A DNA stretch of 64,000 bases, taken from contig OZ240215.1 in assembly GCA_965197585.1 (NCBI GenBank), forward strand, positions 1-64,000, in the 5' to 3' direction. The position numbers and the translations under genes are program-made. The notes beneath the pieces are model-generated. The model was not told the DNA's origin, did no database searches, and worked only from the letters and a program-made list of their open reading frames with translations. This DNA is from Dehalococcoidia bacterium (GTDB taxonomy: Bacteria; Chloroflexota; Dehalococcoidia; Plut-88900). Below, one piece after another: positions 13,552 through 23,661 of the stretch; position 1 is the stretch's first letter, and every line of letters starts with the position of its first letter.

Positions 13552-14048
13552 TGACCACTGTACTGGTCTTCTTCTTCATCCTGGCCGCGATGACCATGAT
13601 CGGGGCTGTGGGCACGGTTGCGGCACGTAACGTGGTTCATGCGGCCCTGTTTCTTATTCTGTCCCTGCTGGCGGTGTCGGGACTGTTTGTCCTTCTGCTC
13701 GCCGAGTTCCTGGCCATAGTCCAGGTCCTTATATACGGCGGTGCAATCACGATATTGCTGCTGTTCGCTCTCATGCTGACCCGGGCCCGGGAGTCGGCGC
13801 TGAAGCTGGACAACAACCAGCGGGTATTGGCCTTCCTGGCTACCGGCGCCGTGTTTGCAGCGCTGACGGTGATATTCCTGATGTCGGACTGGCCGGGCCC
13901 CGTGGAGGACCCTCAGCGTCCGGGATTCACCGGGATATCGGAAGTGTTGTTCCAGCAGTGGGCCATACCGTTCGAAATTGCGTCGATAGTGCTGCTGGTG
14001 GCCCTGATTGGGGCGATAGTGATCTCGCGGCCGGGGCCCGAGGAATAG
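13551..14048 (+). CDS. nuoJ: NADH-quinone oxidoreductase subunit J
   Basis: NVVHAALFL, AEFLAIVQVLIYGGAI, PFEIASIVLLVALIGA; GTG start at 13551 overlaps the nuoI stop. Confidence 0.95.
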   Translation: MTTVLVFFFILAAMTMIGAVGTVAARNVVHAALFLILSLLAVSGLFVLLLAEFLAIVQVLIYGGAITILLLFALMLTRARESALKLDNNQRVLAFLATGAVFAALTVIFLMSDWPGPVEDPQRPGFTGISEVLFQQWAIPFEIASIVLLVALIGAIVISRPGPEE

Positions 14049-14059
14049 GAGCCTAGCCT

Positions 14060-14380
14060 TTGATAGAGATCGAATACTATCTCATTCTGGCCGCCGCTCT
14101 CTTTGCCGTGGGCGCGTACGGGGTCCTGGTTCGCAGGAACGCCGTCCTTATCCTCATGTCCATCGAGCTTATGCTCCAGGCCGTGAACATTAACCTTATT
14201 GCCTTTTCGACGTACCTGGTACCGAGGGGCGAGACTGAAAAACACCTGGGCTTCATATTCGCAATCTTCGTCATAACCATAGCTGCCGCAGAGGTCGGGC
14301 TGGCACTGGGCATAGTGCTCAGGTTGTACAGGAACCGGTCCTCGGTGAACGTGGACGAACTTAACCGGATGAAATGGTGA
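14060..14380 (+). CDS. nuoK: NADH-quinone oxidoreductase subunit K
   Basis: RRNAVLILMSIELML, IAAAEVGLAL. Confidence 0.96.
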   Translation: MIEIEYYLILAAALFAVGAYGVLVRRNAVLILMSIELMLQAVNINLIAFSTYLVPRGETEKHLGFIFAIFVITIAAAEVGLALGIVLRLYRNRSSVNVDELNRMKW

Positions 14381-14390
14381 CCCCGGCTTC

Positions 14391-16292
14391 ATGAACGGAA
14401 CCGAAGCAATTGGGCTGCACTGGGCCTGGCTGGCTCCCGCAGCCTGCGTGGGTGCATTCACGGCGTTGGCCCTTTTCGGGAAATATCTCCCGTGGAAGGG
14501 CCCGTACATTGCCATCGGAGCTATAGGCTTCGGTTTTGTGCTGTTCTGGTTCCTTCTTAACGACCTGCTTAATGGTGCAGGGCGCGAATTCTCGGCTACG
14601 TGGTTCGAGGCGGGGGGTGGGGTGTTCGATTTGGGTATGACGATCGACCCCGTTGCGATAGTGATGATGGGAGTTATCACCTTCGTATCCCTGCTGGTCC
14701 AGATATATTCCCTTGGCTACATGCGCGGGGAGTCGAGACTCGCGTGGTATTTCGCCGTCCACTCCCTCTTTGTCGCCTCGATGCTAGGTCTGGTGCTTTC
14801 GAACAACCTTCTGGTGCTGTACGTGGGCTGGGAGCTGGTCGGCATATGCTCATACCTGCTGATAGGTTTCTGGTACGAGCGGAGGTCGGCGGCGGAGGCG
14901 GCGAAGAAGGCGTTCATCACGACGCGCATCGGAGACGTTGGGCTGCTGGTGGGGATACTGCTCCTGTACAACAAATTGGGCACTTTCCATATCCCGACCA
15001 TTCTGGAGGCGGTCGAGGCCGGGGAGTTGAGCAGCGGCATTATGACCCTGAGCGCCATCCTGATCTTCCTCGGCGCTATGGGGAAGTCGGCGCAGTTCCC
15101 GCTCCACGTCTGGCTCCCCGACGCCATGGAAGGCCCGACTCCCGTGAGTGCCCTGATACACGCCGCTACGATGGTTGTGGCAGGGGTCTATCTGGTAGCG
15201 AGGATGCTGCCCCTTTTCGAGGCTGCGCCGGGTGCAGGGGAACTCGTCATTGCCATCGGGCTCATCACGGCGGTGATGGGGGCCACAATGGCCTTGTCGT
15301 CGACGGACCTGAAACGGATCTTGGCATACTCCACGGTTAGCCAGATCGGGTTCATGATGCTCGCGCTGGGCCACGGCGCCCTCGCCGCTGCTATGTTCCA
15401 CCTGGCTACCCACGCGCTGTTCAAGGCGCTCTTGTTCCTGGGCGCGGGGAACGTATTGCACGCGGTCGGGGAGCATTCGGACGTGGACATCCGTCGGTTG
15501 GGAGGGCTGAGGTCTCGGATGCCGGTGACGAGCGTCGTATTTGTTATCGCCGCCCTCGCTCTGTCCGGTATCCCGCCCCTCAGCGGCTTCTGGAGCAAGG
15601 ACGAGATCCTGCAGGGCATATGGAAGGACGGAAACCCCGCTACCCTTGTTATTACCATAGGAGCGTTCTTCCTCAGTGCCCTGTACATGACCCGCCTCTG
15701 CTGGCTGGTCTTCTTTGGGAAGCTGAAACCCGAGAATGAGTCCGCGCACGAAGCACCCTTCGTGATGACCAGCCCGATAGCCCTGCTCGGTGTCCTAACT
15801 TTGGTCTTCGGCTTCACCGCCCCCGACTGGTTGGACAACGTGTTCGGCCTTCCGGGTGAGGCCACGGGATTCGGAAGCTTCGTGCTGGACAAGGCTGACA
15901 GCTTCCACGAACACGTCGTTCTGGCAGCGATATCTTCGGTCGTTGCCCTTGTCGGTATAGCATCGGGCCTCGCTCTGTACAGACAGGGCATGAAGCTGCC
16001 CCAAGGCGTGGACCGCGCCCTGTCTACCGTCCGTACCGTCGTAGCCAACAAGTACTACCTGGATGATGCCTACCAGTGGACTATCGATAGGGTGGTCCTC
16101 GCAATAGGCGGTGCAACGGCGTGGTTCGACCGGCACGTTGTGAACGACGCGGGGGTCGATGGTACGGGACTGTTCACTGTGAAGATGAGCCGGATATTGC
16201 GTCGGCACCAGACGGGTCAGGTCTCGAACTACGTTCTGGGGATCACTGTGGGCACATTGATATTCGTGGTAGCCATCACTCTGGCGGCCTAA
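14391..16292 (+). CDS. nuoL: NADH-quinone oxidoreductase subunit L
   Basis: WELVGICSYLLIGFW, KSAQFPLHVWLPDAMEGPTPVSALIHAATMV, GFWSKDEI. Confidence 0.97.
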   Translation: MNGTEAIGLHWAWLAPAACVGAFTALALFGKYLPWKGPYIAIGAIGFGFVLFWFLLNDLLNGAGREFSATWFEAGGGVFDLGMTIDPVAIVMMGVITFVSLLVQIYSLGYMRGESRLAWYFAVHSLFVASMLGLVLSNNLLVLYVGWELVGICSYLLIGFWYERRSAAEAAKKAFITTRIGDVGLLVGILLLYNKLGTFHIPTILEAVEAGELSSGIMTLSAILIFLGAMGKSAQFPLHVWLPDAMEGPTPVSALIHAATMVVAGVYLVARMLPLFEAAPGAGELVIAIGLITAVMGATMALSSTDLKRILAYSTVSQIGFMMLALGHGALAAAMFHLATHALFKALLFLGAGNVLHAVGEHSDVDIRRLGGLRSRMPVTSVVFVIAALALSGIPPLSGFWSKDEILQGIWKDGNPATLVITIGAFFLSALYMTRLCWLVFFGKLKPENESAHEAPFVMTSPIALLGVLTLVFGFTAPDWLDNVFGLPGEATGFGSFVLDKADSFHEHVVLAAISSVVALVGIASGLALYRQGMKLPQGVDRALSTVRTVVANKYYLDDAYQWTIDRVVLAIGGATAWFDRHVVNDAGVDGTGLFTVKMSRILRRHQTGQVSNYVLGITVGTLIFVVAITLAA

Positions 16293-16302
16293 GGAGACGG
16301 AC

Positions 16303-17772
16303 CTGGACGGCAACGTACTCATAGCGCTCCTGTTCCTCCCCGCTGCGGGTGGAGTGATCGCGGTCCTCCTTCCCGAGAGCAAGCGCGAGCTGATGAAGTG
16401 GTCTATGGCGGCGATTGCTGCTGTGACCCTTGCCCTCTCCATCTACGTTTTCGTCGCCTACGACAACGACGTGGGTGGCTACCAGTTCATGACGGAAAAG
16501 TACCACTGGTTGCCGGGCCTCGGAGTGACCTTCCACTTGGCCGTCGACGGTATCGCCACGCCCATGGTGCTTCTCACGGGCATCGTGATGGTTACTGCGG
16601 TGTTCATGGCGTGGAACACCGCGCCTCGGGCCAAGGACTTCTTTGCCCTGTTCATGGCCCTGGTCTGCGGGGTGTACGGAGTCTTCCTGTCCCTTGACCT
16701 CTTCTTCCTGTTCTTCTTCTACGAGCTGGCCGTAGTGCCGATGTACCTGCTTATCGGGGTCTGGGGAAGCACGCGTAAGGAGTACGGGGCGCTGAAACTG
16801 GTCCTTTATCTTGTAGCGAGCAGCGTGCTGGTGTGGGTCGGGTTAATAGCGATCTACGTCCATGCTGGTCTTGGGACCTTCAACCTTCTGGAACTGGAAC
16901 AGGCCGGCTTCGATGCAACCTTCCAGAGAGTGGTGTTCCCACTCCTGATGTTCGGGTTCGGAGTGTTAGCCGGCCTGTGGCCCTTCCATACGTGGTCCCC
17001 GGACGGCCACGCTGCAGCCCCGACTTCCGTGAGCATGCTTCACGCCGGCGTCCTGATGAAGCTGGGTGCGTTCGGAATAATCCGTGTCGGGCTGGATCTG
17101 CTGCCCCAGGGCGCCGAGGACTGGCAGCTTGTATTGGTCGGGCTGGCGACAGTGAATGTGGTGTATGGCGCGATGTCGGCGTTGGCGCAGAAGGACATGA
17201 AGTTCATCATCGGCTATTCCAGCGTGAGCCACATGGGCTACGTGCTTATGGGCATCGCCACCCTGGACCCGAAGGGCTTGACCGGCGCGGTCTACCAGAT
17301 GTTCTCCCACGGGATAATGACGGCCCTCTTCTTCGCCCTGGTCGGTGTGGTATACGACCGGGCCCACACGCGGGACATCTCGATATTCCAGGGACTCTCC
17401 AAGCGCATGGGGGTGACCGCAGCGTTCTTCGCGGTGGCGGGACTGACGTCGCTGGGGCTGCCGGGATTAAGCGGGTTCATCGCCGAGTTCCTGGTCTTCG
17501 TGGGGCTGTTCAATACGTATCCTGCATTGGCGGTGCTCGGCATCATCGGGGCGGCGATTACTGCGGTGTACATACTGAGGCTGCTGGCAAAGGTCTTCTT
17601 CGGGCCGCTGGACGAGCGATGGGAGAAGCTCCCCGATGCCTCGAACCTTGAGAAAGTCTCAATGCTGGCCCTGGTGGCTGTGCTGATTTTCGGCGGGGTA
17701 TACCCGCAACCCTTCACCCGCATGATCGACGTAGGCATCGCCCCTATTCTGGCTAGGATTGCAGCGGCATGA
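16303..17772 (+). CDS. nuoM: NADH-quinone oxidoreductase subunit M
   Basis: FFFYEL..PMYLLIGVWG, PFHTWSPDGHAAAPT, GVLMKLG, YSSVSHMG; start placed at the in-frame CTG 16303 behind AAGGAG (ORF track start 16354). Confidence 0.95.
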   Translation: MDGNVLIALLFLPAAGGVIAVLLPESKRELMKWSMAAIAAVTLALSIYVFVAYDNDVGGYQFMTEKYHWLPGLGVTFHLAVDGIATPMVLLTGIVMVTAVFMAWNTAPRAKDFFALFMALVCGVYGVFLSLDLFFLFFFYELAVVPMYLLIGVWGSTRKEYGALKLVLYLVASSVLVWVGLIAIYVHAGLGTFNLLELEQAGFDATFQRVVFPLLMFGFGVLAGLWPFHTWSPDGHAAAPTSVSMLHAGVLMKLGAFGIIRVGLDLLPQGAEDWQLVLVGLATVNVVYGAMSALAQKDMKFIIGYSSVSHMGYVLMGIATLDPKGLTGAVYQMFSHGIMTALFFALVGVVYDRAHTRDISIFQGLSKRMGVTAAFFAVAGLTSLGLPGLSGFIAEFLVFVGLFNTYPALAVLGIIGAAITAVYILRLLAKVFFGPLDERWEKLPDASNLEKVSMLALVAVLIFGGVYPQPFTRMIDVGIAPILARIAAA

Positions 17773-19205
17773 ACATCGACTTCGCACTCCTGGTCCCCGA
17801 GTTCCTGCTTGTCGGGCTGGCCTTTGTACTATTCGGGGTGGACCTGTTCATTCCCGAAAACAAGAAAGGTGTACTGCCCTTCCTCGCCGTTGCGGGACTG
17901 CTGGCGGTCATGGGGTCGGCGTTCACGCTGCTCGGAAATGAAGGTGAGCTGTACGCGGGCATCTACGTCGTCGACAACTATGCCATCTTCTTCAAGGTGT
18001 TCCTGCCGATAGTCGGGGCGGTGATGGTGCTCGCTTCCAGGGACTTCGTGAGGAAGCACCTGGAGAACCCGGGGGAATTCTACAGCCTGATAATGTTGTC
18101 GGTGCTGGGAATGATGATGATGGTCTCGGCCAACGAGCTTTTGACGGCCTACATCTCCCTGGAGCTCCTGAGCTTCTGCCTCTACGTGATGGCGGCCTAC
18201 GCCAAGCGGGAAGCCCGCTCCAACGAGGCCGGAGTAAAGTACATCCTGATCGGGGCATTCTCCTCCGCGGTGCTGCTGTACGGCATGAGCCTGATCTACG
18301 GCTCCCTGGGCACGACCACCTTCGAGGGGATGGGAGAGGTCCTGCGTTCGGGAGAACAACTGCAACTGGCGTTCCTTGCAGGTCTGACTCTTCTCATTGC
18401 CGGGTTCGGGTTCAAGGTCGTGGCTGTGCCCTTCCACATGTGGGCGCCCGACGTATACGAAGGGGCCCCGGTCCCCGTTACGGCCTACCTATCCGTCGCT
18501 TCCAAGGCGGCGAGCTTCGCTTTGCTGCTGCGCCTATTCGCCGTCGGGTTCCAGCCGGTTATCGACGACTGGAAGCCGATAGTCGCTGTAATCGCGGCTC
18601 TGACTATGACCGTGGGGAACGTCATAGCGATTTCGCAAAGCAACATAAAACGACTGCTGGCCTATTCGAGTATCGGCCATGCGGGATTCTTGCTGGTGGG
18701 GATCGCGGCACTTTCGGAGATGGCGTCGACTGCGCTGGTGCTGTACCTCGTTGGGTATGCAGCCACGACCTTCGCAGCCTTCAGCTGCGTGATCATCTAC
18801 TTCAACCTGACAGGCAGTGAGAAGATCGAGGAGTATGCGGGGCTGGCCAAGCGGTCGCCGGTGCTCGCCCTGGCATTGACCGTGAGCCTGTTCTCGCTGG
18901 CCGGGTTGCCTTTCTTCGCAGGTTTCACCATCAAGTTCTACATATTCACTGCGGCGGCGAAGGAAGGGTTGCTGTGGCTGGTGGCTATCGCCGTGGCGAA
19001 CAGCCTGATATCTGTTTACTACTACCTGATGGTAATCAGGCAGATGTACATCAAACCCGCGCCGGTTGGCTCGAAATCCCTGACCATGCCGAAGATAGCC
19101 GGGGGAGTGCTGCTCACGCTGGTCGGAGTGGTCTTCCTGATCGGCATCTACCCGCAGTCGATAACCGGGCTGATAGAGAAGGCGACCCCAGGGTTGTTCG
19201 GGTAG
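17769..19205 (+). CDS. nuoN: NADH-quinone oxidoreductase subunit N
   Basis: EAGVKY, FKVVAVPFHMWAPDVYEGAP, KRLLAYSSIGHAG, SVYYYL. Confidence 0.97.
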   Translation: MNIDFALLVPEFLLVGLAFVLFGVDLFIPENKKGVLPFLAVAGLLAVMGSAFTLLGNEGELYAGIYVVDNYAIFFKVFLPIVGAVMVLASRDFVRKHLENPGEFYSLIMLSVLGMMMMVSANELLTAYISLELLSFCLYVMAAYAKREARSNEAGVKYILIGAFSSAVLLYGMSLIYGSLGTTTFEGMGEVLRSGEQLQLAFLAGLTLLIAGFGFKVVAVPFHMWAPDVYEGAPVPVTAYLSVASKAASFALLLRLFAVGFQPVIDDWKPIVAVIAALTMTVGNVIAISQSNIKRLLAYSSIGHAGFLLVGIAALSEMASTALVLYLVGYAATTFAAFSCVIIYFNLTGSEKIEEYAGLAKRSPVLALALTVSLFSLAGLPFFAGFTIKFYIFTAAAKEGLLWLVAIAVANSLISVYYYLMVIRQMYIKPAPVGSKSLTMPKIAGGVLLTLVGVVFLIGIYPQSITGLIEKATPGLFG

Positions 19206-19251
19206 GGGGCTCAGGAGGTTTTGCGACACGGCCCTTGGTGTTTGCACCCGC

Positions 19252-19280
19252 TTGACCCCCTCCCCACCCCCCGTTAACAT
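19252..19280 (+). promoter_or_regulatory. Sigma70-type promoter
   Basis: TTGACC-17 bp-TAACAT upstream of the aldehyde dehydrogenase. Confidence 0.55.
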
Positions 19281-19327
19281 TCCGAACGTCCCACGGCGCA
19301 TTTGTTCATCTTCGGGGAGGAAAGATT

Positions 19328-20818
19328 ATGGCTGAGTCCCGGTCCACTTTGCTGGAAGTCAAGCAGTACTACGGGAGGTTGCAGAACTATATCAATGGAG
19401 AGTGGGTCGACTCATCGACAGACAACTGGCTGGACGTCCAGGAGCCGGCCAGCGGTCGAGTGATAGCCGAGGTACCGCTTTCGACGGCGGCGGAAGTTAA
19501 TGCGGCAGTCGCAGCTGCGCAGTCGGCGTTCAAGTCGTGGCGAGATACTCCGCCCCCGGACCGGGTGCAGCTGCTTTGGAACTACAAGAACCTGCTGGAA
19601 GAGAACCGGGAAGAGCTGTCGCGTATCGTGAGCCACGAGAACGGGAAGTCGATCGGCGACGCCCGCGGCGAGGTCCGGCGCGCGATACAGAACGTCGAGG
19701 TGCCCTCAGGGATCAGCTCCCTGATGATGGGCTACAACCTGGAAGACATAGCGCGCAACATCGACGAGGATTGCGTGAGACAGCCGCTTGGAGTGTGCGC
19801 GGGCATCGTGCCGTTCAACTTCCCAGCCATGGTGTCGCACTGGTTCATGCCCTACGCCATCGCTTGTGGGAACACCTACGTGCTGAAGCCGTCGGAGCAG
19901 GTGCCGCTCAGCATGTCGTACTGCATCGGCCTGATGGACCGAGCGGGGTTCCCGAATGGGGTCATCAATCTGGTTAACGGAGCGAAGGAAGCGGTGGATG
20001 CCCTGCTGGATAACTCCGACGTGCGTGCCATTTCCTTCGTAGGCTCGACTGCCATTGCGAAATATGTCTACCAGCGAGCCACGACTAACGGGAAGCGGGC
20101 TCAGTGCCAGGGCGGGGCCAAGAACTTCATGGTAGCCATGCCCGACGCCGACGTGGACAAGACGATAGACAACATGATCGGATCGTTGTACGGCGGTGCG
20201 GGACAGCGGTGTCTCGCGGGGTCGGTTGTACTTACGGTGGGCGAAGCCTACGAGCCGATTAAAGACAAGCTCATGGAGGCGGCGAAGGCAATTAAAGTCG
20301 GGAACCCGCTCGATGAGTCGTCTGACATGGGGCCGGTTATCTCATCGAAGCACCGGGAGAAGGTGATCGGATACATCGACCAGGGAGTGAAGGAAGGGGC
20401 AAAACTGATACTGGATGGTCGCAGCGTGTCGGTGGAGGGGTTCCCGGAGGGGTCATTCGTCGGACCGACCATCTTCGATGACGTGGATCCGGGAATGACG
20501 ATAGCCCAGGAAGAGATATTCGGGCCCGTGGCCTCGATAGTGCAGGTAGACAGCCTTGAGCAGGCGATGGACATCATAGAGGCGAACCGCTACGGAAACG
20601 CTGCGAGCATCTTCACGTCCAGCGGGCGCTCGGCAAGGGACTTCAAGCATCGGGTGCGGGCGGGCAACGTCGGGATCAACGTGGGAGTAGCCGCGCCGAT
20701 GGCCTTCTTCCCGTTCAGCGGGATGAAGGAGTCGTTCTTCGGAGACCTGCATGGGCAGGGTCGGGACGCCGTAGATTTCTTCACCGAGAAGAAGGTGGTG
20801 ATAACGAGGTGGTTTTAG
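19328..20818 (+). CDS. mmsA: CoA-acylating methylmalonate-semialdehyde dehydrogenase
   Basis: PFNFPAMV, KPSEQVP, SFVGST, GGAKNF, AGQRCLA, EEIFGPV, SFFGDLHGQG, KKVVITRW. Confidence 0.9.
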   Translation: MAESRSTLLEVKQYYGRLQNYINGEWVDSSTDNWLDVQEPASGRVIAEVPLSTAAEVNAAVAAAQSAFKSWRDTPPPDRVQLLWNYKNLLEENREELSRIVSHENGKSIGDARGEVRRAIQNVEVPSGISSLMMGYNLEDIARNIDEDCVRQPLGVCAGIVPFNFPAMVSHWFMPYAIACGNTYVLKPSEQVPLSMSYCIGLMDRAGFPNGVINLVNGAKEAVDALLDNSDVRAISFVGSTAIAKYVYQRATTNGKRAQCQGGAKNFMVAMPDADVDKTIDNMIGSLYGGAGQRCLAGSVVLTVGEAYEPIKDKLMEAAKAIKVGNPLDESSDMGPVISSKHREKVIGYIDQGVKEGAKLILDGRSVSVEGFPEGSFVGPTIFDDVDPGMTIAQEEIFGPVASIVQVDSLEQAMDIIEANRYGNAASIFTSSGRSARDFKHRVRAGNVGINVGVAAPMAFFPFSGMKESFFGDLHGQGRDAVDFFTEKKVVITRWF

Positions 20819-20851
20819 GGGATTAGCCCTAAGACACCCAGATCGTAAAAG

Positions 20852-20890
20852 AAAAAAGGCGGGATGCGCCACGCGCATCCCGCCTTTTTT
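20852..20890. terminator. Bidirectional intrinsic terminator
   Basis: AAAAAAGGCGGGATGCGC-CAC-GCGCATCCCGCCTTTTTT between convergent mmsA and hicB. Confidence 0.9.
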
Positions 20891-20902
20891 TGTTGCGCTA
20901 AG

Positions 20903-21382
20903 CTACCCTGCGACAGGGATGAGGGCGGGTTTGGTTATAGGTACATCCTCGACGATGAGGGAACGGCCTACAGCCCTAAGTGCTCTTTCAACTTGGGTGA
21001 AGTGGGTCCGGTAGTTGGGGTCGAGGAGCTTCCGGATAGCGTCTTCTTCAAGGCCAAGCTTTTTGCCCAGAGCCTCTTTGGTGATCCCCTTTTCTCGCAT
21101 AGCGGAATTGATAGTGAGTTTCGCGGCTACCAAAGGAGGTACGGGTATGAGGACTTGGCCCTCGGTGGGGAGGCTGGGGTTGGGTATGTAACCCTCGTGC
21201 ACGCAATAGTGAGCGAGACAAAGTCCAAGGACATCCTCGGCCATTTCTACGGCTTCGTCCCAGGACCAACCGCATGTGATGGCTTCCGGCAAATCTGGGA
21301 AAGTTACGTTGTAAGCCTCCCTTCCCGTTAGGTTTGCCTCCTCTTCGTCTCGTTTTATATTGCAAGGGTAGACATATCTCAT
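20903..21382 (-). CDS. hicB: HicB-family antitoxin with C-terminal HTH (copy 1)
   Basis: YNVTFPDLPEAITCG-W-DEAVEMAEDVL, IPNPS, then an HTH-like region; follows hicA. Confidence 0.88.
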   Translation of the reverse strand: MRYVYPCNIKRDEEEANLTGREAYNVTFPDLPEAITCGWSWDEAVEMAEDVLGLCLAHYCVHEGYIPNPSLPTEGQVLIPVPPLVAAKLTINSAMREKGITKEALGKKLGLEEDAIRKLLDPNYRTHFTQVERALRAVGRSLIVEDVPITKPALIPVAG

Positions 21383-21385
21383 TGA

Positions 21386-21592
21386 TCAAAACTCCTTGCG
21401 GTCTATACCAAGCTGCCTAAACATGTCGGCCAATGTTCCTGGGGCTATTTCCCCATTTGGTATATGCGTGAAACGATTGCCGACGGTTAGCTTTGCGTGG
21501 CTCCCCTTGCCGCTCTTAGTATCAAGAATGAAATCCAACCGATTCTTTCGTGCGTATCGCCTAGCCTTCTTCACAAATTCTCGGTTCGTCAC
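21386..21592 (-). CDS. hicA: HicA-family toxin (copy 1)
   Basis: 68-aa basic protein with GKGSH and GEIAPGTL..M..QLG, immediately upstream of hicB. Confidence 0.85.
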   Translation of the reverse strand: MTNREFVKKARRYARKNRLDFILDTKSGKGSHAKLTVGNRFTHIPNGEIAPGTLADMFRQLGIDRKEF

Positions 21593-21801
21593 TCATACAT
21601 GTTAGCATTTGTGTAGCATTACTGTCTGGCAATCGGTAAGAGGATAGGATCGGTTGCCGGTGTATCTTCGACTAAAAGTGGGCAATCCTTGCTCCAGTAC
21701 CTCTTTCTTCTTCATCTGGGACTATGTTGTACGGGCGAACGTACTGCTTAGCTCGAACACCAGACCCACAACCTGTCTCATATTAGCACACACACTAATC
21801 A

Positions 21802-21892
21802 CCGCCGAAATCCCCAACTGGTACAATAGCCCAAGCTACGGGGATGTGATGTTGGGATCAGGTTGAAGTAGTAGAGTTGCAGGGGGAGTTAT
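21802..21892 (+). promoter_or_regulatory. Promoter/leader of BVMO-1 (duplicated in front of BVMO-2)
   Basis: CCGCCGAAATCC...TGGTACAAT (extended -10)...GTAGAGTTGCAGGGGGAG RBS; same blocks and 91-bp spacing at 23662-23752. Confidence 0.7.
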
Positions 21893-23572
21893 ATGGTTGG
21901 TTCGAAGAACGGCGGAGATTTTGATGCGGTAGTGATCGGGGCGGGGTTCTCGGGGATGGGGATGCTTAGACGGCTGAGAGACGAGATGGGAATGTCTGTC
22001 CAGGTCTACGAGGCGGGCAGCGGGGTGGGGGGAACGTGGTACTGGAACCGGTATCCCGGCGCCCGATGCGACTCCGAGAGCTACACCTATTGTTTCACCT
22101 TCTCGAAGGAGCTGCTCCAGGAATGGAGCTGGAGTGGCAGATACCCCGAGCAGCCCGAGATTCTGACCTACCTCAACCACGTCGCCGACCGGTTCGACTT
22201 CCGGCGCAACATCCAGTTCAACACCAAGGTCACCTCGGCCACATTCCTTGAAGACAGCAACCTGTGGGAGATAAGCACGGACCAGGGGGACCGGGTCACG
22301 GCTCGGCATCTGATCACGGGTATCGGGTGCATATCCACGGGCAACATCCCCAAGATTAAAGGGCTGGATTCCTTCGAAGGGGACTGGTATCACACCGGCA
22401 ATTGGCCCCACCACCCCGTGGACTTCTCCGGCAAACAGGTTGCGGTCATAGGTACGGGGTCGAGCGGCGTGCAGTCGATACCCGTGATCGCTGAGCAGGC
22501 CGGGCATCTCACGGTGTTCCAGCGGACGCCCCAGTACACCGTACCGGCAAGGCACGGCAGCATAGACCGGAGGTTCATTGAGGAAGAGGTCAAACCCAAC
22601 TACGACGCCATCATTGAAAAGGGAAAATGGACCAGTGGGGGCTCACCTATGACTCCCGAATCCGGCTCAGCCTTGGCTCTTACCGAAGAGGAACGCAACA
22701 GCATATTTGAGAAGTTCTGGGAGATAGGCGGTAACTACTTCATCTATGGATCCTTTGATGACACTTTGAGCGACAAGAAAGCCAATGATATCGTCGCCGA
22801 GTTCATCCGCTCCAAGATTCGGGAGACGGTCAAGGACCCCGAGACCAGCCAAAAGCTCCTGCCATTGGACCACCCTTACGGCTCGAAGCGGGCTCTTATG
22901 GATACCAACTACTTCGAGACTTACAACCGGGAGAACGTCCATCTCGTAGATCTGCGCCAGACGCCTATCCAGGAGATTACCGCAAAGGGAATACGGACTT
23001 CTGAGGAGGATTTCGAGTTCGACATCATAGTCTTCGCTACGGGGTTCGACGCCATGACCGGCACATTCATGAAAATCGACATCCGGGGCCGGCACGGATT
23101 GACCCTTAAGGCGAAATGGTCCGAGGGCCCGAAGACCTACCTGGGCCTGCAGACCGCGGGATTCCCCAACATGTTCATGATCACTGGCCCCGGGAGTCCC
23201 TCCGTGCTTTGCAACATGCCCGTGTGCATCGAGCAGCACATAGACTGGGTTGGAGACTTAATAGGCTGGATGCGCGAGCGGGACATTGAAACCGCCGAGG
23301 CCGACACACGCGCCGAGGAAGAGTGGTGCGACCACGTCAACGAGGAAGCCAACAAGACCCTATTTGTATATGCTAACTCCTGGTATCTGGGAGCTAACAT
23401 TCCCGGAAAACCCCGGGTCTTCATGCCATACGCGGGCGGACAGGGCGCCTATCGTAAGCGATGCAATGAAGTAGCGGAGAACGGGTATGAGGGATTCGTG
23501 CTGGGGACGGGTGGCGATCGACTTCCTCACGTAGAAAAAGGCGGTGATAACGCGGTGGTTGTAACTTCCTAG
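21893..23572 (+). CDS. Type I Baeyer-Villiger monooxygenase (cyclohexanone/steroid monooxygenase family), copy 1
   Basis: GAGFSG, GGTWYWNRYPGARCDSE, fingerprint FEGDWYHTGNWP (FxGxxxHxxxW), GTGSSG, ATGFDA, SWYLGANIPGKP. Confidence 0.95.
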   Translation: MVGSKNGGDFDAVVIGAGFSGMGMLRRLRDEMGMSVQVYEAGSGVGGTWYWNRYPGARCDSESYTYCFTFSKELLQEWSWSGRYPEQPEILTYLNHVADRFDFRRNIQFNTKVTSATFLEDSNLWEISTDQGDRVTARHLITGIGCISTGNIPKIKGLDSFEGDWYHTGNWPHHPVDFSGKQVAVIGTGSSGVQSIPVIAEQAGHLTVFQRTPQYTVPARHGSIDRRFIEEEVKPNYDAIIEKGKWTSGGSPMTPESGSALALTEEERNSIFEKFWEIGGNYFIYGSFDDTLSDKKANDIVAEFIRSKIRETVKDPETSQKLLPLDHPYGSKRALMDTNYFETYNRENVHLVDLRQTPIQEITAKGIRTSEEDFEFDIIVFATGFDAMTGTFMKIDIRGRHGLTLKAKWSEGPKTYLGLQTAGFPNMFMITGPGSPSVLCNMPVCIEQHIDWVGDLIGWMRERDIETAEADTRAEEEWCDHVNEEANKTLFVYANSWYLGANIPGKPRVFMPYAGGQGAYRKRCNEVAENGYEGFVLGTGGDRLPHVEKGGDNAVVVTS

Positions 23573-23600
23573 CCCGTCCTAACCCTGCATTACTGGAAAT

Positions 23601-23634
23601 GAACCGGGGAAGTGCTTTGCGCTTCCCCGGTTTC
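23601..23634 (+). terminator. Probable intrinsic terminator between the BVMO copies
   Basis: AACCGGGGAAG...CTTCCCCGGTT stem followed by a short T tract. Confidence 0.6.
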
Positions 23635-23661
23635 CTGTCTTCAGGACTAAGCGCCTAACCC

